Positions 13,697 to 27,576 of a stretch of DNA of 64,000 nt are shown piece after piece. Under the pieces are notes generated by a model, which had not been told where the DNA came from, ran no database searches, and saw nothing but the letters and a program-made list of their open reading frames with translations. The stretch spans positions 62,001-126,000 of the forward strand of contig CM082592.2 of NCBI GenBank assembly GCA_040954595.2, read 5' to 3'. The translations under genes and the position numbers were made by a program. Each line of letters begins with the position of its first letter. The first letter of the stretch is position 1. The stretch is from Balanoglossus misakiensis (lineage: Eukaryota; Animalia; Hemichordata).

Positions 13697-15420
13697 TAGG
13701 GGCCCAAGCCCCTATGGGCGGGGCCCCTATTGTTATTACTGGGGTTTTTAGGGGCCCAAGCCCCTATGGGCGGGGCCCCTATTGGTATTGCTGGCATTTT
13801 TCTTCTTCTTTGGCACTTTCATCGGACACTAGGATCTTGAAAACGGCTAAACCTACAATTCTCAAATTTGGCACAATAATGCAGGCCAATGAGATCTGGT
13901 GCAGTACGTCCGTGAATGTTAAATTAGTCAAGTGACCTGATGACCATATAAGGGATGGTGATCTTTGACCTTAATAATATTGATGATGCCCAAGCCGCAG
14001 GGAAGGGCATCATCAATATGTTTCGATGTGTGACGTTACCAGCACATTCCAGAAGACAGCATGGCATGGTCTGTACAAGTTGAGTGAAATACTTAGAAAG
14101 ATATCGCAGTGACCGATCTGCCTGGGCTGCGTTCATGTTTTTCTCTTGAAATCATGGACAGTGTTATACACCTCTGTATCAATGCTGTTTTAGTGACTTT
14201 TTCACACCCGTTCTTTTTGTTTTGAGTGAATAGGATAGTCAACTAACTACTGCTGGACAATGGGTGTGAGTTTCATGGCTCTCACATGATGGGGTAATCT
14301 GGGGTAACATTTTGAAAATACCATGTCATTTTCAGAACGCAGTTACGGTGTATGTACATGTGAACAGTGATACATGTACATGTGTAGGCCGGAAATTTAG
14401 ATCGGGTATACACGTCTGCATCTAACACTCAAACTGCAATATTGCCAAACGTGTGTATTATACACGATATACTGCATGTAGTAATTGTATTAGATTTAGT
14501 CTGCATTGGTCAATATAATATACGGAAACTAAATATGTCGATCGGATTTGATCTATCACAGGTCCAGCTGTGGTTGCACAGAACACGTCTCCATTTATGG
14601 TGTGAACAGGGACTGCTGTACGCATGTGCACATCTGAGTTCACGAGGTTACACGTACTGCGGTTGCGCAGAACACGTCTCCATTTATGGAGTGAACAGGG
14701 ACTGACCAAGGGGCCGAAATGAGAAGCCAAATTTCGGGTGACTCCTTGACCTTTGACCCACCTTGAAAAACACATATCTACTTCTACGCTAACTAATACA
14801 CCTAGGGAGCTGATTTTTGGTGGACAGGTACAACTATTGGACCAAATCATTTCGCCGCAATGTCACGTGACCTCGGTGACCTTTGAACTATATATAACAT
14901 AAATGCTCATAAGTACGTAACTATTAGACCGACAGACTTCATATTTGGTGGGATGAAGCATACACATGTACTTGTTACCCCTTGACCTTTGACCTAATTA
15001 ATTATGTGCATACCTAATTCTAGGCTTACTAATAGGCTAGAGGTTTTGTTTCTGTTGGACATGGACAAGTGTGGCGTCCAATTTTTTCCATAAAATATTG
15101 GGTGACCTCAGGTGATCTACTTTCTCATATCTCAGCCTCCAGAGCAGGTACAGCCTTAGCATTTCGAGGGATGGGACTAAAATGAAAAGCCGAATTTTGA
15201 GGTCACCTGTACAACTGCTTAACTCATTAATTATGTGTATACCTAATTCCAGGCGAACCAATAGGGCTGAAGGTTTGGTTTCTGATGGACCTGGACCAGT
15301 ATGGGGTCAAAAATTTTTGCCCAAATTTCGGGTAACCTCAGATGACCATTTTGGCTTGCAGCTATATTTTAACCCTAATACTACTAGGTGTCATACCTGT
15401 TTAGAGTGTCAAGTCCCTTA
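13697..15420 (+). mobile_element. HINE/DINE-1-like element (sister copy ~41334-43200); boundaries approximate
   Basis: 5' hairpin AGGGGCCC..GGGCCCCT, a (TTC)n tract, and internal gacctttgacc repeats related to those at 55000-64000. Confidence 0.6.
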
Positions 15421-15815
15421 AAATATGTGTTTGCCATTTTTTCTTCCTAAACGTATTTTGACTGTCTTGCCATGGCTCTCATATACACACTTGGCAGTCT
15501 AAGCCCCCTTAAATGTACTAAATCGTATTGGTTTGCCTGGTTTGGTTTGAGGGTCTTGTATAGGCCCTACTGCGTAACACGCCCTTGGCAGCCTAACAGG
15601 CCTGGGAGCCAGGATTCTAGGCACCCTGGATATCAAACTGACTTGTCAGCGTTATAGGGTTAAAACTATGTATAATCACATACTAATTGTTTGAAAAATG
15701 GCAATGTCTTCTCTAAAGGTTATCCATCCAAAGGGATCTGACAAGGGTGTCCCCCTTCATTTTTTGTTTGTCATAGCAATTTTCGCGACTATTATAATAG
15801 ATTTAGAGTTGACTA

Positions 15816-16658
15816 TCTGATCTAGACAAACTAGCAGCGTGGGCCAACAAATGGAAAATGTCTTTTCATCGACACAAATGCTCTGTTCTGTCAGTAACAA
15901 GGAAACGTTCAATGATAATTAACCAGTACAGTTTAAACGGGAAGATAATCAAACACAGCTCATCCGAAAAGTATCTAGGGTGCACACTGACAGCTGATCT
16001 TGATTGGCACCAACATATTACTTTAATATGCAACAAAGCAAACAAAACACTTGGTTTCCTCCGTAGAAATCTCAACATAGGATCAACATCGGTGAAAGAG
16101 AAGGCATACACAACACTTGTAAGACCACTAGTTGAATACGCCTCCACTGTTTGGGACCCATATGAACAGACCGACATAGCTTTGTTAGAAAAAACACAAA
16201 GACGCGCTGCACGCTACGTGACTGGCAGATTTCCAAATCGCTCTAGTGTTGACAACATGATAAATACCTTACATTGGACATCATTAGAACAACGTAGAAA
16301 AGAAGCCAGACTATCGATGCCATATAAAATTTCAACAGGAACTGTTGCCATGAACAATCTTCAGCATCTCCAACCCCCGCTAAGACTCACTAGACACATG
16401 CATATAGTAAAAGTTATAAAATTCCCAAATTCAAAACAGACTACAGAAAATATTCCTTCTTTCCAAGAACAATCCAAGACTGGAATAGTATACCACCAGA
16501 CATCATATCTGCAGGGTCACATGAATCCTTCAAATTTTCTTTGGCACTATACTTCACCAAACCAGAAAACTGACATTTTTGATGTCCTGTACTAGGGTGC
16601 ACTCACTGGCAAAGCCTTCAATATGTTGAAGTTGGCCAGTAAGGTAGATAGATAGATA
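15816..16658 (+). mobile_element. 5'-truncated LINE (CR1/Jockey-group RT C-terminus) with (GATA)n tail, copy A only
   Basis: ORF 15858-16595: KYLGCTL..KANKTLGFLRRNL..LVRPLVEYASTVWDPY..QRRAARYV. Flanked by GACTA at 15811-15815 and 16659-16663; single GACTA at the empty site ~43609. Confidence 0.9.
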
Positions 16659-16945
16659 GACTAAAAGATAAATGGTGTCTACGATTCCAAACACATAAAA
16701 ATTACACCAGTTGTGGACGACACAACATTATTTTATTTGATGAGAGTAGTGTTCATCATGCCATTAATATTGTCAAAAAATGTGTTAGTTTTAGAAACCC
16801 AACTAAATACACGAAAAGTTGGGCTTTAGATTGGTTAACTGAAAATCAGGCCAATTGCAATTTTTCGGGTTTAAGTGGCCCGATGCTCCCAACAAGTCAC
16901 TTGGAATGTACTTTCATTCTAATAATTTATTAGCATGGAGTAATC

Positions 16946-17535
16946 TTACTTTTTACCATAAGGGTGGAACCATGATTCATTCTCAAGAGGGGTCTTGTAC
17001 CAATACTCATAATGGTCTTCGATACCGGCAGGCATGTATAGCCTATGGCTACGCCCAGCATGAGGTGGTGATTCATACTGTTGGTTGTATGGACTAGCTG
17101 GGTTCGGTGTGGGCCTCATTGAATATGGGGGTGCAGGTGGCGTAAAATATCTGGTAAACCCTTCCAGTTCATATTGATGGAACGTCCCTGCAAACTCTCC
17201 AGGATAATGGTTCTGATCGCATCCCCTCTGTACTGCACGTGGCAAAAGTGTCGAAATTGTCCCTATCCCATGCCTCCCCATAACTGAAAACATCCTGTCC
17301 CCAAGGCCCTCCTTCACCCAGACTTGGATCATACCTTGATCGGAAAGTGTTTCTGGGCATGGGTTCAAGGGCATCATTTTCCCAACACCAATAAGAAAGT
17401 GTGGGTTGAATCCCCTCCTTCCCACGAATGCTATGTGATCTGTTGTTGTCATATTCGCCTGCCCTAGGACAAGGAGGGCAACTTCTTTTGGCATTTACCC
17501 CCATAGCTCCTATTGTTACTACTCATAAAACTGTC
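16946..17535 (-). pseudogene. Candidate frameshifted terminal exon (Pro/Tyr-rich, tail-like)
   Basis: Two overlapping minus-strand ORFs (17169-17504 and 16946-17494) in locally GC-richer sequence, ending YFTPPAPPYSMRPTPNPASPY...YEYWYKTPLENESWFHPYGKK*. Lies downstream of the last EGF exon on the same strand. No recognisable domain. Confidence 0.3.
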
Positions 17536-18208
17536 TGATGAATAGTCAGTACGGGGGAATTTTCCGTTTTTGTGTCATACACAACTTTCTTGTGAAACTC
17601 TGGTGTCAACCTAAGGTGGGGCATGTCCCGGGGGCACATCTTTCAACATGCCAGGTGTAACCTTACCAAATTTGTTTCTAAGGGCTACCTTTTCCCTTAC
17701 CCCTGGTTAGTTCTCAGAGTCCTAGTGTCACATGTACTGATATACACTTTGTGATTGGAGGTCATCCTGATCGAATCGAAGGTGGCTCGCCAATCAACTC
17801 AAGAATTGAAGGGACTAAGTCTCTCTCTCGCTACCATTTTCCCATTAATTATGTTTGTTATCACATGAACTGGCCCGTATAGCCACGTGTGTGACATAGA
17901 ACATGGGATTTAATGCTTAATTACTTCCAGTATTGCTATTTTCATGTATAAACAAAAAATCAAATGGCTCCATCAATAGAAATTATATTCCGTGGTCAGA
18001 TAAAATCATATGGTCACCATGTTTAATTTCATTGAATGGCTCAGCTCATAGAACAGCCTCATAATTCATAAACTAGAACAGCGACACAAATTTTCATGCA
18101 GATCTTGATTACACTTGTAGAGAAAAACAAAAAATCTACATATTGAAAGAAATGGTGATACTTTGAACTGTATAAATTGATAACCCAAGACAATAAATCA
18201 AAACTTAC

Positions 18209-21200
18209 TTTGTTCACAAAGGTCACCAGTGAAAACAATTCTGACAGAAACATGTGTACAGTTCACATGATCCAGATGTCCTCTGGCAGAAACCACTGTT
18301 CAAGCACGGATTGGGATCGCATTGGTTGATTCCTGGTTTTCAATACACAAGAAAGTTGGGACGATGAGCAATGGGGCAGAGACTGATCATCAAAAATTTG
18401 AGACAGGGAATTCCAACAAATGAGATCATTAAGTTATATATGCAAAGCAAATCATAAAAGAGAATCAGAAGATTTTCTCCGAAGGACACCTTGCAAATTC
18501 ATGATTGGAAAGACACTGCAGTCACATGTATATTGTAGTGTCCAAACACTGGTGAGCATCTATACTTTATACATTCTGTAAAATGACGTAATGCAACATT
18601 CGGGTCATTATGAATAAAGTGCGTGAACGAGGCTAGGCACTCTCACTCTTACATGCCGGACTTGGTGTCTCGTGTTGTCATTATTGCCCACCCACGATTC
18701 TATATTTGGCGACGAGGACGGAGAACATGGAGAATCAGCTAGCCGTCAATGCGGAGTTTTCCTGTTCATTCAGACCCGACAACCACCAGTACGAGATGGA
18801 AAAAGTACATGGCTAGAGTAGAAAACGCATTTGTCGCATTCAACATTACAGATGACAAGCGACAACGTGCACTGCTATTGCACTGGGCAGGTGAGGAAGT
18901 TTCCGACTTCTTTGATACTCTACCAGATACAGGAACGAGCTGTGAAACAGCCAAATTAAAGCTTACGTCGTACTTCTCACCCAAACGGAACATTGAATAC
19001 GAACGATTCATCTTCAGAGACACCATACAAAACAACGGCGAATCGATTGATGCCTATCACACTTGTTTGCAACGCCTAGCAGAAACATATGTGACTTCAC
19101 CAATAAGGATCAAGAGGTCAAATCACAAATCATACGAGGATTCACATCAGCCCGTCTCAGACGTCGTGCTCTTTGGGAGGAGACGACACTAGAGAATCTA
19201 CTGAGTACAGCCCGTTCACTTGAGGTATCAGAGGTTCAGGCTAGTGGGATTGAGGAGAAACCCCATAATAATGGTGCAGACACGGCATCTGTGAATGCGG
19301 TCAGAAAACAGCGCCATCAACGCCCGAAACCCAATAAACAAAAGAGAGTTCATCAGCAGCCAGCGAAAGGACCGTCCACTTGTTATTATTGTGGTGGCAC
19401 CTATCCACATGACTCAGTATGTCCAGCTAAAGGCAAGTCATGCAGGAAGTGTGGCAAACCTAACCATTTTGCCAAATGCTACCGATCAAAAGGCAAGGCA
19501 AATAGGGTAGACAAGGATGAAACTGTCAAAGCTGTGCATAAAGTGGAAGACAGCTCGGGAGATGAATACTGCTTCACTGTACAACAATCAAATGGTAGGA
19601 GGCCTCGAGTAACAGTGCAGATAGAACAAACAGCAGTTGCCTCACTGATCGACCCTGGTTCTACAATAAACATGAGGAGTGTAAACACATACAACAACCT
19701 AAAGAACAAACCCATGTGGCAAACAGAAAGCCCGTTTTACCACTGCCAGCAGTGCATTATTGAGTATTTTAGCATCGCTGGATTTAGCTCTCGTCCAATC
19801 AGAATTGCGGACGGTAGCATGATATAATATAATTGAGAATAAATCTCACGACAAGTGTACAGTTTGACAATGTACACAGATAATCCGTTTCAACAATGTT
19901 TCCTTTGTAGTGTGAATAAAACTGCACACTTTGCAAGTTTTCAACTTCAAAACACTATGGCTATTGCAGAGACAAAGCTGCTAATATACAGTGTACACCC
20001 GTCATTTTTGTTTGTGGTGAGATTTTCATTGGCACAGTTGCACAGAGCTCACACAAGAGGAAATTACACTTTCTGTTGAATTCACTGCATCCTGCTAACT
20101 TTAAGTCATATATCCAGTGAAACATTAAGTTATAGAATTTTCCATCGCAGTATTCTGTTTTATATACATGTATAGCAGTCCCACACATATTGATTAATTT
20201 GACAAAAGAAACTGACTGACAATTTTCACAGCGCTCCCAGTATAGCATCCTTGGCAGGTGCACGTCAATGCCACACACGAGGTTAGGGTTGGCAAGTGCT
20301 GCCATTTTGACATGGGTTGTTAGCACTGATCAATTCCTACGCATGACAGAAAAATGAAGAATTAGGCTATGGGCCGGACCTGCCTATCGTTTCAAAATGC
20401 ACTCTGTATATTAGGGTCTATTTCTTTTACATAAAAAACAAGTCTTCTAGCTCTAATATGATAAAAGAAAAACTTCAACTTAAATATTGCGTCCTCAGAG
20501 GTAATATCGAGCCCTAAAAATCAGGTATGCTAATGCGGTTAAAGGTTGTGCAGTTCTCCTTATAACAAGCGTTCGATTGGTGGGTACGTGACTGCACCAA
20601 TCACAGAATGCGTTATGTCACTCAGAATTTTTGGTAAGGAAAGTTTGAGCAGACTAGTCCATTCAATGTAAAAAATGGTGCTGATTCCAAAAAAGTCAGC
20701 CATTTTTGCCACTTTTAACCCAAAAGGTCATTTAAAAAAACACTCAAAACACACTGTTTTCATCACATTCGGAGATCTGATGACATTTGAGGATTATGCG
20801 GAAACAGTGACACACCAGAATAAAAATTACAGGTGACATTTGCAAGCACATGATCTGACCATATAGAAATATGGAATGTAAAAACATTAACAAGGAACAT
20901 GCCCAATAAACTGTCATGTGTCTTGGCAGTCTTACAAGTGGTGCTAGAAAAAAAAATTGACCAAAAATTGTCTGTACAAACACATATGCGAAGCAACTTC
21001 TTTCAGTCAGCCCTGGAACAGACACACACTGACCTGCCACTGGTAATTAAAATTTGATAGCTGGTGGTCTCTGTAACAGCTAGCCTATTTAAGTTATGTA
21101 AACATGTCTTTGTTCGAGGTAACAACTCCTTGTAAATAGTAACTTTAAAAACAACTGGACAATTTGTTTAGGAGAAGATTTGCTAACCAAAAACTAAGAA

Positions 21201-24200
21201 ACTTACCAAAAAAACTCGCTAAATATTTAATCTTTCTGATCTCAGAATTGAATAAAAGTTGCACATATACAGGTATGTGTTATGAAATTATATCCTAAAT
21301 TTCAAAGCAATCAGAGAAAAAACTAATTTCAAAGCAATCCAACAAGCAGTTTCACAGAAAATATTTGTTCAAAAGTGGCAAAAACACAAATATGCAAATA
21401 TTACCAAAATTGTACAATATCTTACTTCAATCACTACAAGGAACATGCTGCCTAAGTTCAATGCAATAGGACAAGCGGTTTCAGAGAAAACAATTTTTGA
21501 CAAAAATTGCAAAAGCTTCCCCGATAACACATTTATGCAAATATCACATTTTTTACAACATATTATTTAGGTTACCCCTACGAACATGCCTACCAAATTG
21601 CAAAGCAATCTGGCATGAGGTTTTAAAGAAAAACATTTTTTGACCAAAAATGGCAAATATTGCTCAAAATTATAGATATGCAAATTTTGCAACAATTTGA
21701 ACAAAACTATGGTTACTTAGACAACATTAGGAGGCTTCATACTAAATTTCAAAGACTTTTACCAATAACAAAAATAGTGATAACATTGAGCTAGCCCAAA
21801 GTTTGAGTTACCAGGGCTTTAATATGTGTACCGTACTTATATTATATAATACATAACAAGTGTTTTGCATTGAATAAAATAATATTGGTTTGTACTTACG
21901 CATTGTACATGTGGCACCAGTGAAGCATTCGGTACACATACAGTCAAACAGGAAACAGCCGTCTCGCGCAACGCAAATGCCACCATTTTGACAAGGCATA
22001 GAGTATAACTGATCAATGGCTGCCAAAACAAAAATGAAAGTATCAATTACCTGCTTGTCAAAAACTTGTACATGTACTTGTGATGTTCATTTCGTTTAAA
22101 TATGTGAGCAATGTCTTCATTCCTTGTTTCAAACCTGTACATTTAAAATAACATAATGATGCTATTGCTAGGATTTTTCTGTAAGAATCTTGAAAAATTA
22201 AAAAATGTACCATCAACATGATACAGAAGGCTTTCCTTTTTAACGTGCACCTCACACTCAATTTTGACCCTACATCAGCAAATTTTGAAAGGATGAAACT
22301 TAGTAATGCTTCCACCCCATTTATTGGTGTATGGGTCCATCTATCACATTGAGAATACCAAAAATGAGGGTTTATATACCACGCTGTGTCATAAAACAGT
22401 AATTCGACACACCTACGGCACAGATGGCCCCAGTCCAACACGAATTTGGTGTTTGGGAACAATAGCCTCCATTTTGACACGGATTCTGATCACATGGGTT
22501 AATGACTATCAGAAAAAAAATAGTTTAAAAAACATGAAATGCAGATGGCTACACCTCAACCAAAGATGATTCCTGCACCACAACAAAATCCTTTGACACA
22601 AGCATTATACTGGAACCATACCCAGAACACGCATGAAGGGACAATGTCTCTATTTTGGGTAATACAGTAAAACCTGTCTTTATGGACACCTCTCTAATCA
22701 GAACACCTAGTATGATTGATTTTTCAAGCCAAATAGTAAGGATAATTAAGGACGTCTCTTTTACTTAATACTCAGAGGTGTGCACCACCTTAGGAGAGAT
22801 TACCTCATATGCACAATTATCTCTACGAACACTAGTCTTCAAGAGGCAACTCTTGTATATTTGAGTGATGAAAACATCCAGCTTCGTACACTTCCTCACA
22901 AGTTCGTGCCTATCCTAAATTGCACGGACATACAAATGAAATTTCTGTTTTCTTTTCCTTTCTTTTCTCTTGTGGAAATTTTAGAAATGAGAAGTTACCA
23001 CACAATTCAATTGCCATGAAGAGAAAGTGCCCAAAAGATTGTCATTTACGGTACGTCAGAAACTTACATATTTCACAACAGTTACCCTCATAGCAACCAG
23101 TACAGGCACAGGTATATGCCGTGCAGGAGTTGGCCACTGCATTACATACAGCCCCGTTGAGACAGCTGTTTCGCTGGCATGGATCTTGGACTGCAATAAA
23201 AAGTGCAACCTAATGTTATCTCAGCAATATTTACTTTCAAAATCTGTTTGATAAAAACATCATCATTACCATTACTGTAAATACTGAAAGGAACTTCACT
23301 TCTAAAAACAACTTGCTCATTCTGGGACGCACTTGTGGGGCTATGAAAATCTCTGTATATGTATCTTGTGTAGGGAAAATTTTCATGAACGATCAACATT
23401 TTTTTCTTCAAATAAACATGTTTTCTTTCAGCTGTACATCATTTTTGAGGTGACCGATTCCCAAGGCCCAAGGTGTGATGCTGAAGATGAAAATATAAAG
23501 TATGACCAACAGACAATGTATTGAGACATGATTGTAAATGTTAGTTCCTGCATGACAAATGTTTGTTTTAATGAGTTTTACACTGGCTGCAGTGTGTGCC
23601 GATGAAACATCCTGGACAAGTACACTCATAAGTTGTACACGACAGCTGAGTACACTGCCCATTGTTCAGGCATGGACTTGGCCTACATGGAGTTTGTTCT
23701 GTTTCAATGGCATTAAAAAAAAATAGCAGTGACATAAGTTTTTAGGGTATGACCATTTCCCTAATTCCTACAGCTGTGGTTCTATCGGGTTCTCCTATAA
23801 CTGAGCCTCCTAAATGTATAACTGAACAATAAGAATTACTTATTATACTTTTGGGAGTTTAGGACTTTGGTAATTGAAAAAAGACTCAATTCCTGAAAGT
23901 GCCTATTTGGTTTGTCACATCCTAAATATACAGGTAATTTCATAGCTGCCAGCTATGACAAATATACCGGTATGATGGGGGATAAACAGATCCTCGTCTG
24001 ATAAATTTACCTTGGTCACAGGTGATTCCAATGAAACAGCCTTGACAGCGACAGGTAAACGCACTGCACGATCTACTGATTGGCTCACAGATACCGTTGT
24101 TCATGCACAGATTGGGAGAACATTGACCGAGTCCTGGATATGCATGTAAATCAACCAACAATTGCATATTAACATCACAAGTCATTTCACTATTTTTTCA

Positions 24201-27003
24201 TTCAAAACTAAAAAGATTGCTTGTAACTTGCTGAAGAAATATTCATATGGACAGACCATTCTAGCTTGGAACAGGCAAAGTCAAGGGTGCCCTGACGCCC
24301 AACTTTTAAGAGCAGTTCATTTACTGAAACTGCCAGCACCCAATATTATCACACATGTAATCCATATGTGGAAATCAAATACACCTGTAACAGTTTTAAT
24401 TTACCATGTGGGTATTTGCATAGCGCACACATGAAAATCCACCCAGTTTGTTTACAAATTGTTTTCGTGAAATCTGTTTTATTGTTAACGCACTGCGAAA
24501 TAAAATGCCCCTAAACCACAATTTTTGTTTCAATGCTTCACGCAAACATAAAATTATTACGAAAAGTGTCAGCGTTACCAAGAAATATGAGTGCCCAGTC
24601 GGACATGCAAAAAACATGGATGATTCGTTTACAATTTTTAAATGAAGCTTGTGGCACTAGAAATGACCGTTCAACCGACAGACGAACACCAAACCATAAT
24701 AATTAGCACAGACATCGTAATACTTTTAGAATTTTAGAAAAAAACGCAGTGGCTGCTGAAATGCAGGAGTGCCAGTTTGGTGGCAAGTTTTCACATCACT
24801 GGTGGGATCGACATGTGCCGAAGTAAGGAAGTCATTGTCCAACTGTCCTGGGTGTTAATTATATGCAAAAGAACATCATCATACAGATAATCCCCAAACC
24901 CTTTGATCTTTGCCGCAGTTGCTCGTCCTTCTTTCTCTAGGGTCTATGGTTTGACAGATGTCACCTGTGTAAGAGTTCACACACTGGCATGAATAGAAAT
25001 TGCACGATGTTTGCTGGCAAAATCCACCATTCATACATGGGTTGGGATCACAGGGGTTTTGCACTGGAAATTAAGAAAGGACGCCATTTTATTCCTTGCT
25101 ACTCATTCTACAAACTTGGCAAAAACCTTGCAGAATTATGGCAAGGGTGTGTGGAGTGATTGTGCCTACAACTTATATTAGGCTGGTATCAAGTTGTTCA
25201 CACCTCCATAGATCATGTGGCAGTGACTGTAAGGCAAGGGCTTCCCTTCATGAAATCAAAGACCTGTGTACTGGAGGAGGGTTCCTTGCAAATGCTTGAC
25301 TTGACTTCAGGCATACCTGTAGACTCATATGCAAATTTACACTATCTGGCCTGGAGTGAGAATTTCCATAGTGGATGTGTGTTGACAAAAGGCAGTAAAA
25401 TTGGCCAGTCGCGCATAATGTTTCTTGAACTAAGACAATCAAGACATTATGCGCTACGAAAGTGATTTTGATTGGGAAGAGTGTAATCTTGCATTCGATG
25501 TCAAGAATGCTCCAAGCTCTGCTGTGGTGATGGCTACACCTATGCTCAGGAAACATGCAGTATTTGAATGCATCAGAGACAAAAGGTAAAAGAGACTGCG
25601 CTGTATACTTACATATCTCACACCTATCACCTTTGTAGCAACCAGTACATATGCAGGTGAGATCAAAGCAGGAATTTCGAGCCGGTTGACAGAAGCCACC
25701 ATTCTGGCACGGATTTGGTGGACACTGGTTGAGTCCTACAAGGAAAAGGGTCAAATGTTCCATGATCATCAATGTCATGTGATTATGAATGTATGTAAGT
25801 GGCTGAAAAAAATTCCCAGGGGTGAGTTTCCTACAAAAATTGTGATGTGACAAACCGACAAATTAGCATATTAGCATAATCAGAATAAATAAAAAAAATG
25901 CACAGGTAGTTTAAAAGAACAAACACTTTGGAAACGGAATAGATCTAAGCTGCTGTCCCTTTCTAATTGTTACTCGTTCAAAAATCACCTGTCACATCAC
26001 TCCAATTTAGTATCAGTTGCACTGGCTACCTGTTACAGAGCGTATTGTTTTTAAGATGTTAGTTCTCATTTTTAAATCCACTCATAAACTTGGTCCAATC
26101 TATCTTTCTAGCATGACTAATCTATATGTTCCGTGTCGCAATTTAAGGTCAGCTGATCAGTACAAACTCTGCCCTGTTCGATCACGCACCAAGAGTTATG
26201 GTGATCGTGCTTTTACTGTTGCTGCTCCAATTCTTTGGAATAATCTTCCACTCACCATTCGCCAGGCACCAGACTTATCTGTTTTTAAATCAAATGTTAA
26301 AACTTTACTTTTTAAATCTGTTTTTTAGCCAGTTGTTGTATTGTACTTTTGCTTTAAGCGTCATTGATCACATTTTTTGTGGATACTGACGCTATACAAA
26401 TAAATTATTATTATTATTATTATTTCTATTTTTGTGTTTGTACAACATCAGTGAAGTTTAAATCATAATAAAAAAATGATAATTATCATTATTAACTGCT
26501 ATAGATTCAAACTTACTTGTCTCACACCTGGTTCCCTAGTAACACTCTGTGCACATGCCAATGGTGGCAGTACAAGAATTTGCCTGTTGTTGGCAGGTAC
26601 CTCCATTGAGACAAGGACTAGTGAAGCATGGATTAGGAACTGGAAGACAGGAATTCAAAATTTTATACAACACTTACCTATGGTAACACCAGTACACGTT
26701 CATTATTTCTCTGTTATGTTTTTATACTGGTGATTTTACTGTTTTTATTACCGATCATACTGACTGACTTAAAGATGATGATGATGATGATGATAATGAC
26801 TACACCTGCTATTATTACTACAATGTACCTCAGCACTTAGATTTTTTAATAAATGACAAAGTACTGTACTCACGTGTTTCACATGTGAAGCCCAGGTAGC
26901 AGCCAGCACATTGACATGTGACGCCTGTACAAGATCCCTGGATTGCTTGGCAAGTACCAGCATTCCGGCATGGGTTAAGGTTTGTGTTCGCACGGATTCA
27001 TTG
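18209..27003 (-). pseudogene. Multi-exon EGF-repeat pseudogene, copy 2
   Basis: Exons 26874-27003, 26517-26639, 25613-25735, ~24949-25063, 24011-24133 (unique to this copy), 23582-23698, 23068-23190, 22413-22505 (30-bp deletion), 21900-22019, 20221-20336 (degraded) and 18209-18332 (GINQCDPNPCLNSGFCQRTSGSCELYTCFCQNCF, +1 frameshift). Confidence 0.9.
18534..19740 (+). mobile_element. Decayed, 3'-truncated Gypsy (Mag-like) element: LTR, tRNA-Ser PBS, frameshifted gag-protease
   Basis: Putative LTR ~18534-18704 starts tgtagtg. PBS TGGCGACGAGGA at 18707-18718 matches the tRNA-Ser(GCT) 3' end. ORFs 18749 and 19063 encode Gag (CYYCGGTYPH..CPAKGKSCRKCGKPNHFAKC) and a degenerate protease motif (LIDPGS). 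Confidence 0.85.
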
Positions 27004-27263
27004 CTGCAAATGTACACAATATTTACAAAATAAAACAGTATACAACTGTAAGTATTTATAATCATCAATTGTGAATATCACACCAATCAAGGCCTTTCAA
27101 TGCACCCTGATTGCTGAGAGCTGAAATACGTGAACCAACGTGTATTTGTTTTCACTACTATATCACATGACATTCTGCATCTCTTTTCCAAAGTTGTAGT
27201 CTGCACCCAACATTGTATTCCGGGGTAGCACTACACGGAACCCCGAAACTTTTTTGTCATCAT

Positions 27264-27466
27264 TGTAGTATTCTGATAAGTACGATCAATATAGCGCCCT
27301 CTAGTGTTGCATTGTTGGTGTTCCACTTGTTTATGAATTGCTGTACGACGTCACTTCCGCCCAGATTAGGCGAAGCACATTGTTGAGTCTTTTCTGCCGA
27401 TCAATAAATAGGTTGTTGTTATACCTAAGATCGCATTATTATTCCCATGTTGATGGAAACATAACA
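27264..27466 (+). repeat. 5' LTR (203 bp)
   Basis: tgtagtattctg...gaaacataaca, with aataaa inside. Differs from the 3' LTR by 2 substitutions and one 1-bp indel on manual comparison. Confidence 0.96.
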
Positions 27467-27480
27467 TGGTGGCAGCGGTG
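27467..27480 (+). promoter_or_regulatory. Primer binding site complementary to tRNA-Leu 3' end
   Basis: TGGTGGCAGCGGTG directly follows the LTR; it is the reverse complement of ...CACCGCTGCCA-CCA of animal tRNA-Leu(AAG/TAG). Confidence 0.85.
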
Positions 27481-27576
27481 AACGTGAGTGATCAGATGTA
27501 AGCAGACTTTACACAGTATTGACTACACAAGACACCAAAACTACAGAAGAAAAGACCATCGAACTGACCTGACAAG

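Larger units (their letters stand above)
1..21632. repeat. Large tandem segmental duplication, copy A (phase set arbitrarily by the window start)
   Basis: The sequence at 1 (acattttttgaccaaaaatggcaaatattgctc) recurs at 21633 and 47671. Downstream sequence and ORF translations are collinear and near-identical (e.g. ORFs 281/47950, 1933/21808, 8366/33150). Confidence 0.95.
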
